Shown piece after piece: positions 58,017-64,000 of a DNA stretch of 64,000 nt. The stretch is taken from assembly GCA_000146465.1 (NCBI GenBank), contig CP001947.1, one strand, 5' to 3'. Position 1 is the stretch's first letter. The number at the start of each line of letters is the position of its first letter. Below the pieces are notes generated by a model, which saw only the letters and a list, made by a program, of their open reading frames with translations, was not told where the DNA came from and did no database searches. The position numbers and the translations under genes were made by a program.

Positions 58017-58177
58017 TTAAAGGGATTCGTTCTTTTCGATTAAATTTTTACCAAGGTATTCAGAATACTAAAACTATTAATTCATCGGTTTATTACTTTC
58101 TATAAAAAGCACATAGATATCCCTGCCATATAGAAATCACTTGGTATACCGTACCTTATGTATTTTGGAGTATCTAA

Positions 58178-59764
58178 TTAAACAAAGTCATTTAAGTCGC
58201 TGTTTGTCAGAAGCTCTCGGAATTTATCTATAAAATCATCATCCAAATTTAGCTTTTGATGTTTGCTTGTTTCTTTCATCTTGGAGCTTAAATTTTTTCC
58301 GTTGCTTCTCTTCTCCTGAACCGGTGAGTTGGTAGTAATAGAAGTTACACCGGTGTCAGGCTTTATAGTCTCTACGCTAGTTCTTAAAGGAATATGTATT
58401 TTTTCTGGATGCAAAGTGTTTCCTGCGGAGTTCTCTAGGGAATTTCTTCGATTGTAGTCCATGTGAGCATCTTTATCCAGTCGGTTGGCAAGATATTGGC
58501 TGTAACTACTCTTGAAGCCTGATTTACCATCCATTATCTTAGAGTTTGTAGAGTCATGCATGATATCTTTGGAGAAGTAAGATGGCCCCTGTGGACCTTT
58601 ATAAAGTTCCTCTTTCTTTTCATCCTCACTCTCTGTCGAATCGAGAATAATAGCCTCTTGATTTTCTGTTGCTTTGGGTTCCTCCAAACTAAAGGATTTT
58701 CCCTTCTTTAGTACCTCCTCAGAGCTTTCTAGCTTGAATATCTGCTCTGGGGCACGCGAACATGGCATAAAGACAAACGAGTCCTTATAATACGTCACAC
58801 AAGAGTTCTTTCCCCCAACTAATGTAAAATGGCCCTTGTTATCTACTTCTGAGACGGCCACATTCTTTATGACATATCCAAACTCATGTTCATCCATCTT
58901 AGAATCACTTTCAACCACATAGGACCTCTTAGGTGTTTCAGATTTTCTGGGGAGCCTTATATTGTGTAAAGTACTGTTAACTTCCACATCCAACTGCGAC
59001 TCTGACGGAACGTCATATACCTTCTTATTATCAGGATCCCCTATCTCGTCGGAGATTTCACCCGGCGATTTAGTTCCCTCCTCAGCAACCTTTGCTTCAA
59101 GAGACTTTCTCTGCTTTGCTTGCCGAAAACCTCTCTCTTTCCACCCTCCATGTCCTATGCCATATTCTTCCTGATCCTTTGGAACGGTGGAAGATATTTG
59201 CTCTCTTTTCTTTGGAGCTGAAAATCTCTCTCCTCCCAAGGATAACTTTTCCGATGCAGGTTTCCTTTTACTGCTTGGGACGTCTTTTGTTTTCTCTATT
59301 TCATTTGGATTGTCTTTGCGGCCGGGATGCGATAGGTAGCCAAACGGATCTATCTTTTTTCTGTGTGGGCGAAACGATGGATTGGAGGAAAATCCTATGC
59401 TTTTTTCTCCCATTGCATTGTAAACAATTAGCTTGATTTCCAATTCTCCATGCACCATCGCTAGTGTATAATATATTCCGTCCTTGAGAAAATACAAGAC
59501 TCGGTTGTGGACTACAACTCGCTGATCAGACAGGCTAGGTAGCAATGGAAAGTCGAGCTTCAGAATTCCATTATTATTGGTGACATATTGGCTATCCTTA
59601 TGTTTAAGTCTTAGTAGTCTATCGCATATCACAAAAGGAAGAAATACAAGCATGGATATCATTGCTCGTAATGCATTGTTTATCTCTTTCCGCTTTAATT
59701 CTCTGTGTTTCATGTTCAAAAACTGAAGTATAAACAGAATAAGAGTTAGAAACGTGTATCTCAA
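58178..59764 (-). CDS. hypothetical secreted/membrane-anchored protein with long charged low-complexity C-terminal region
   Basis: N-terminal signal/anchor MRYTFLTLILFILQF plus a second hydrophobic segment. 528 aa. No recognisable domain. Candidate lineage-specific protein. Confidence 0.55.
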   Translation of the reverse strand: MRYTFLTLILFILQFLNMKHRELKRKEINNALRAMISMLVFLPFVICDRLLRLKHKDSQYVTNNNGILKLDFPLLPSLSDQRVVVHNRVLYFLKDGIYYTLAMVHGELEIKLIVYNAMGEKSIGFSSNPSFRPHRKKIDPFGYLSHPGRKDNPNEIEKTKDVPSSKRKPASEKLSLGGERFSAPKKREQISSTVPKDQEEYGIGHGGWKERGFRQAKQRKSLEAKVAEEGTKSPGEISDEIGDPDNKKVYDVPSESQLDVEVNSTLHNIRLPRKSETPKRSYVVESDSKMDEHEFGYVIKNVAVSEVDNKGHFTLVGGKNSCVTYYKDSFVFMPCSRAPEQIFKLESSEEVLKKGKSFSLEEPKATENQEAIILDSTESEDEKKEELYKGPQGPSYFSKDIMHDSTNSKIMDGKSGFKSSYSQYLANRLDKDAHMDYNRRNSLENSAGNTLHPEKIHIPLRTSVETIKPDTGVTSITTNSPVQEKRSNGKNLSSKMKETSKHQKLNLDDDFIDKFRELLTNSDLNDFV

Positions 59765-59827
59765 TAAATAGAATTTATCCCAGAATCATGGTTTAGTGCT
59801 CGAGCCCAGACGGTGCACTCCCATCAG

Positions 59828-60784
59828 TTATACCTTTACACCAGTAGTGCTGACCTGAATGGCCTTAAGCTGTGTAGGTCTGTAGGTCGTTACGTATCCT
59901 GTAGACCAATCATTTCCGGTGGCATAGACATAATAGCTTCCGTTTGTGTTAAATCTTCCATAAGTTATAGGCTGGCTTTCCGTTTGAGTAAACATTTTTG
60001 TCCTTGCCTGCGAGTCAAAAAATACGATGGTACCATCACTTCCTGCGGTAACAAGTATGTTATGGTTAGTTGGAAGAAATGATACAGAGTTGACAGCATA
60101 GACCTTATTGTCAACTCTGTGGCATCTAAAGATCATCTTCTTCACAGGAGAATTGACGTTGAATATTTCTGCCTTTCCTTCTATTCCTCCAACTGCAAAG
60201 GTTTCGTTGTCCTGGGCACAGGCTATAGACCTAATCATCCAATTTAGTTTTGAGACATGAGGTTTCTTTTGGTTTATGTTGTTCAGATTGTATGTAATCA
60301 CTTCGTTTCGTGAAAGAGACATTGAAAGTAATTCTTTCTCAAGATCCATGGCATAAACCTTTCCTGGAAGGTCTAGAGAAACCACAAGCTTGGACGACCT
60401 GACGTCCCAGAACTTAACTGTCTTATCCCATGAGCCTGTAATCAACATGTTTGAAAAGCATCTTACAGACTTGACTCCTTCGTCGTGTGCTTGAAAGGAT
60501 GAGACCTGGTTAGTCTGGAGGTCCACCATTTGTAAGCTTCCGTCAGCAGCACCTGCAAAAGCCAATGAAGGAGTCTCTTTGCTGAAGCAACATGTAAGAA
60601 GAGGCTTGTTCAAACTCACAACACTGCTGTTTGGACTGTATAGATTTTCCAGGTCATATGTCCGAATTGTACCATCCCAACTGGATGCTGCCATCAAGCC
60701 ATGCATCTGGCTAAATGCAATCTCCGAAACTGTATCGGACGGAGGATTGGGAATGTCCGAAATCTTAGCGCTGTACTGAGCCAT
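59828..60784 (-). CDS. WD40 protein of the Rae1/Gle2 (or Bub3) family
   Basis: Seven WD repeats. ITGSWDKTVKFWDVRSS and CHRVDNKVYAVNSVSF...TAGSDGTIVFFDSQARTKM match the Rae1 C-terminal signature (CHR...GSDG.F.FWDKDARTKL). Confidence 0.65.
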   Translation of the reverse strand: MAQYSAKISDIPNPPSDTVSEIAFSQMHGLMAASSWDGTIRTYDLENLYSPNSSVVSLNKPLLTCCFSKETPSLAFAGAADGSLQMVDLQTNQVSSFQAHDEGVKSVRCFSNMLITGSWDKTVKFWDVRSSKLVVSLDLPGKVYAMDLEKELLSMSLSRNEVITYNLNNINQKKPHVSKLNWMIRSIACAQDNETFAVGGIEGKAEIFNVNSPVKKMIFRCHRVDNKVYAVNSVSFLPTNHNILVTAGSDGTIVFFDSQARTKMFTQTESQPITYGRFNTNGSYYVYATGNDWSTGYVTTYRPTQLKAIQVSTTGVKV

Positions 60785-60914
60785 TCCGTGGGGTTAAAAA
60801 TTAGGCCAAAGAAATCTCACTTCAGGACTTCCACTTAATACGTTGATAGTCACTTTGCCAAGATGGACCGAAGGATTGTTTTATTTTATTTACGTTCAAT
60901 CAGAAAATCCCAGG

Positions 60915-62996
60915 CTACATTTTCTTCTTGAGGAGCTGGAGATACTGGCTATACTCCTCAGGATATTGTTCCGCCGTGCAGACGTTAGTCCATAGGCATC
61001 CCGAGCTCATCTTTTTGATCTTTTCAGTGTTATCCAAGATGATCTGTCTATAGTCCATTTCCTCTTTCTTTTTTAACTCTTCCAAGCTTTCCCTGCCAAC
61101 AAATTTGTTTCTATATATAAAGACCTTGTCATAAATATTTCTAAGAGACTCGTCTAAATATGTCCGATCCCCAGTGGTGATAAGCAAATGATAATACAAG
61201 GCGGAAGCTTCTGTACTCCTTCCATTTGATAGGAGGAATGATATACCTTGCTCAATTCCTGGAGAATATTTGAGGAAATATTCCACCATGTCTGAAGACA
61301 TCAATGTTTTCATCGATTCGGGGAGTATGCATCCAACTAATAAATCATATCTCCCGCCTATAAATTGCACTATATCCCTAGATGCTTTACATCTATCCTT
61401 ACTTTTCTTCCACATTTCACAGAGACATCTAAGAACATCCCATCCACTGACTATGGAATAAGCATGCTTTTGTGATATAAGATAAGCAAGGTTGTGTTTG
61501 CAAATACACTCAAGAGAAGAGTCTCTGCCGAACCCGGTCTTCTTCCACAAGAGTATAATTTCGGCTATTTTATCGTTTTTTTCCAATATCCTCACCACAT
61601 CGTCAAACAGCCCAGTACACTTGTAAAAAGGTTCCATAAACTCTTCTCCTTGCTCCATAAGCTTTCTTCCCTGGAGAAGGAAATATCTAGGAACTTCGAT
61701 AAAATCAATATTCCTGAATGAAATCTCCGCCATATCCACTAGGAGCTCCTCATTGATGGCTTGAGGGTGAATTATCTCGGTGATCTTTCCATATATCTTC
61801 TCTATATCCACATTCATGCCCACAAATCTCTTATAAACCCTGTGTCCAAACTTCATGGCCTCGTTAAGAACCTTCAATTTTTTAATGGCTTTACTGTCTT
61901 TCTCTACTTCATTGAGCGTATTGCAGATCAACTTACAACATTCGACTTTGAACCCACAGTACACCAAAAAGCCCAAGAAATATCCTATCTTTCTTTCTTT
62001 GCCTTCCTCCTCTGCTAAGTCCCAGGAGTTCTCCTTTGTCTTGGAAAACTTGAAACTTCGGCACGTGTAAGGAGTGAAGTTTCCATTGAGCACATTGTTC
62101 AGTAATCTGTATTCGCTGTCTAGGAGTTTTAAGTCGAAATCCTTGTCATTGGGTAGAAAATACAAAAAAGAAGAACTAACGCCAATAAAGCAACCTCTGT
62201 AGGACCCAAAGGATTGTACAAGGTCGTTTGTATCAAACAAATATCCGTCAACATAGAGAATATATCCGCTATTGGTGATGCCACTCATATAGAGTAAATT
62301 GTTCTGATACTTCAGATACTTCCATTTGGCGCTTATCCTTACATTAGGATTTATTCTTGCAAGAAGCTCAACTCCATCCGACACATCATACAAAAATATC
62401 TCGTTGTTCTTTTGAATAGCTACTCCTTTGTCGCTTATAAATGCTTTCTGCGTGCAGGGATACTTCTTTAGGATTGGTATACCATCAGTAGAATAAATAC
62501 TTGTGTAAGAATCTGTCTGGTAAACAATTATGTCTGTATTCGACGTTCTTCCACAAGAATAGGTGACTATAGTTCGGAAGTACGGGGAAATCCGCAGGTT
62601 TTTAAATCCACTCTCGGTGAGTAAGTAGAACGAGTTGCTGCTAAATATCACCACAGTCTGTCCCCAGGCGCTGATTTCAGGGCGTGAAAAGTTGTGTGCC
62701 ATCTCACTGAACGAAGACAATCCATCCGTAAAGTGATAGAGCTTGGTTGCTGTTATAGCAAACACATGTAAGCCGTCGTCTCTTTCGGAAATAGCTGCGT
62801 CTATAACAGGTAAGGCTTTGGAAACAGAAGTTTCTTCCCGGCGGCCCAGGAGTGGAACAGTAACTAGTTCTATATACTCCTCATTCCACAGAAGTATGCT
62901 TAGCTCATCACCTATTACAACCATTTTACTCCTTTTTGGATCAAACCTTACAAGAAAGTTCAGATTGTTTCTTACTGACAATGGGACAAGAAACAT
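60915..62996 (-). CDS. hypothetical large protein (693 aa; beta-rich N-terminal half, helical C-terminal half)
   Basis: ATG confirmed. The architecture suggests a tethering, HOPS-like or nucleoporin-like scaffold. No decisive motif. Confidence 0.5.
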   Translation of the reverse strand: MFLVPLSVRNNLNFLVRFDPKRSKMVVIGDELSILLWNEEYIELVTVPLLGRREETSVSKALPVIDAAISERDDGLHVFAITATKLYHFTDGLSSFSEMAHNFSRPEISAWGQTVVIFSSNSFYLLTESGFKNLRISPYFRTIVTYSCGRTSNTDIIVYQTDSYTSIYSTDGIPILKKYPCTQKAFISDKGVAIQKNNEIFLYDVSDGVELLARINPNVRISAKWKYLKYQNNLLYMSGITNSGYILYVDGYLFDTNDLVQSFGSYRGCFIGVSSSFLYFLPNDKDFDLKLLDSEYRLLNNVLNGNFTPYTCRSFKFSKTKENSWDLAEEEGKERKIGYFLGFLVYCGFKVECCKLICNTLNEVEKDSKAIKKLKVLNEAMKFGHRVYKRFVGMNVDIEKIYGKITEIIHPQAINEELLVDMAEISFRNIDFIEVPRYFLLQGRKLMEQGEEFMEPFYKCTGLFDDVVRILEKNDKIAEIILLWKKTGFGRDSSLECICKHNLAYLISQKHAYSIVSGWDVLRCLCEMWKKSKDRCKASRDIVQFIGGRYDLLVGCILPESMKTLMSSDMVEYFLKYSPGIEQGISFLLSNGRSTEASALYYHLLITTGDRTYLDESLRNIYDKVFIYRNKFVGRESLEELKKKEEMDYRQIILDNTEKIKKMSSGCLWTNVCTAEQYPEEYSQYLQLLKKKM

Positions 62997-63042
62997 TCCT
63001 GGGGATAACCATTAGACAAGGATATATGTAAGTACTTGAGGA

Positions 63043-63759
63043 TTATAATTCTCCTTTAATATTCGACGAGGGAAGCCTTTCGGATATTCCAGACTTCCTG
63101 AAAACATGTTTGTAATATACTGCAAAGAAGTCCATATAAAGTAGGGTCTGAACAATCCCACATGCAATGGGAATATTTCCTGTGTTCCTTATATTATAGA
63201 ATCTTTTGACGATGAAGTATACTGTGTACGAAGCCCTGTAAAGGCCCAGCAGAAGAATGTATTTAGAAGTCATTGTCTCTGATTCACCGGCTTCTTGGAG
63301 CTGAACAAGTTGTGGAAGAATAGAAACGCTTTCAAGGAACAAAGATGATATGTACAGGACTTTGGGGACATATTTGGAGAAACTTCCTGAATCCCTGGCA
63401 AAGTACAACGAAAGCACAAAGCACGGGATTATCAGAACTAAGATATTAAACTTGTCCCACTTCTTGTCGTAGGTGGAAAAGTACTTGAATCTCATCAAGA
63501 AAAGAATGAGGACTTGGAACCCGATAAATAAGATCTTCATTATGAAGTTGTAAACTTCAAGAGGGCTTTCGACGTGGAGATCAAGGAGATCGATATATCT
63601 AAATACAAATACCATGGCATACAGGAATTGAGTCTTGAGTGACAGCCCACTACAGGACCTTGTTTTTGTTATCTTTGTTATTAACACAATTTTTGAGGCC
63701 ACGTGAAGGAAGTCCCCACAAAATCTGAATGCATCTGCTATTATATATGGAAGAAACAT
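63043..63759 (-). CDS. ERD2: ER lumen protein-retaining receptor (KDEL receptor)
   Basis: MFLPYIIADAFRFCGDFLHVASKIVLITKITKTRSCSGLSLKTQFLYAMVFVFRYIDL matches the ERD2 N-terminus. 7 TMs. Confidence 0.85.
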   Translation of the reverse strand: MFLPYIIADAFRFCGDFLHVASKIVLITKITKTRSCSGLSLKTQFLYAMVFVFRYIDLLDLHVESPLEVYNFIMKILFIGFQVLILFLMRFKYFSTYDKKWDKFNILVLIIPCFVLSLYFARDSGSFSKYVPKVLYISSLFLESVSILPQLVQLQEAGESETMTSKYILLLGLYRASYTVYFIVKRFYNIRNTGNIPIACGIVQTLLYMDFFAVYYKHVFRKSGISERLPSSNIKGEL

Positions 63760-63879
63760 CTTTGGGGTTAGGAAAAGTTTTGAAGATAGGTCTTAGTGGG
63801 GAGAGACATGAGGTTGTAAGGGTTAGGCCTGGAAATAATAAGTTTCAAAAGGGAAGTGGGACCGCAGCCTCGTGAGGAA

Positions 63880-63951
63880 GGTTGCGTGGTGTAATGGTTA
63901 TCACTTCAGACTCTGAATCTGACAATCTGAGTTCGAATCTCGGCGCGACCA
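63880..63951 (+). tRNA. tRNA-Gln (anticodon CUG)
   Basis: GGTTGCGTGGTGTAATGGTTATCACTTCAGACTCTGAATCTGACAATCTGAGTTCGAATCTCGGCGCGACC + A. Acceptor GGTTGCG/CGCGACC, anticodon loop CTCTGAA, T-loop TTCGAAT. Close to canonical eukaryotic tRNA-Gln. Confidence 0.85.
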
Positions 63952-64000
63952 ATAGCTTTTGGCCCAAAGCTTAATTGTTTAAATTTTGCTGAGGACTCTT

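Noticed and set aside
63027-63075. ATGTAAGTACTTGAGG... resembling the AT|GTAAGT split-start introns
   Set aside because: It falls at or inside the 3' end of the ERD2 CDS on the opposite strand. No downstream plus-strand ORF exists before the window end.

Overview
This 64-kb window comes from a highly compacted, intron-poor eukaryotic nuclear genome with microsporidian hallmarks. Gene density is about one per kb and spacers run 5-150 bp. Genes are convergent and divergent in all orientations, proteins are shortened, and ultra-short introns (29-33 nt) sit at the start codons of ribosomal-protein genes. Species cannot be named from sequence alone. GC looks roughly 40-45% by eye (not computed).

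I support about 65 protein-coding genes, 2 tRNAs (Arg-ACG, Gln-CUG), one U2 snRNA and three spliceosomal introns (RPL19, RPS26, RPL14). The protein genes include:
- ribosome and translation: RPL19, RPS18, RPL36, RPL14, RPS26, OLA1, an eRF3/HBS1-type GTPase, deoxyhypusine hydroxylase, Rqc2;
- transcription and chromatin: TFIIB, a TFIIB-like Zn-ribbon factor, an EPL1-like protein, Myb and C2H2 zinc-finger proteins, NOT2, HMG-box proteins;
- replication and cell cycle: Cdt1-like, GINS Psf2, APC8/Cdc23;
- trafficking: alpha-SNAP, an SM protein, ERD2, a CDC50 flippase subunit, GPN GTPase, a MARCH ligase;
- metabolism and others: CCT5, RPE, NDK, APE1, Pus7, VTC4, ferritin, PAQR, Erv1, a Trf4-like PAP, an amino-acid permease, Rae1.

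The most notable region is 26.2-30.9 kb. It reproduces the fungal/microsporidian sex-related synteny of RNA helicase, HMG and TPT. Here that block holds two tandem HMG-box genes separated by 7 bp. A tRNA-Arg overlaps the tail of one HMG gene antisense, and an alpha-SNAP gene is inserted before the TPT. A U2 snRNA gene lies immediately beyond the TPT.

Caveat on coordinates. The ORF track uses alternative start codons (TTG/GTG/CTG rendered as M), so I re-anchored starts to the first in-frame ATG where needed. My nucleotide indexing disagrees with the track by 1-2 nt in places (for example around 7.98-8.1 kb and 38.19 kb). Treat coordinates as accurate to within 2 nt.
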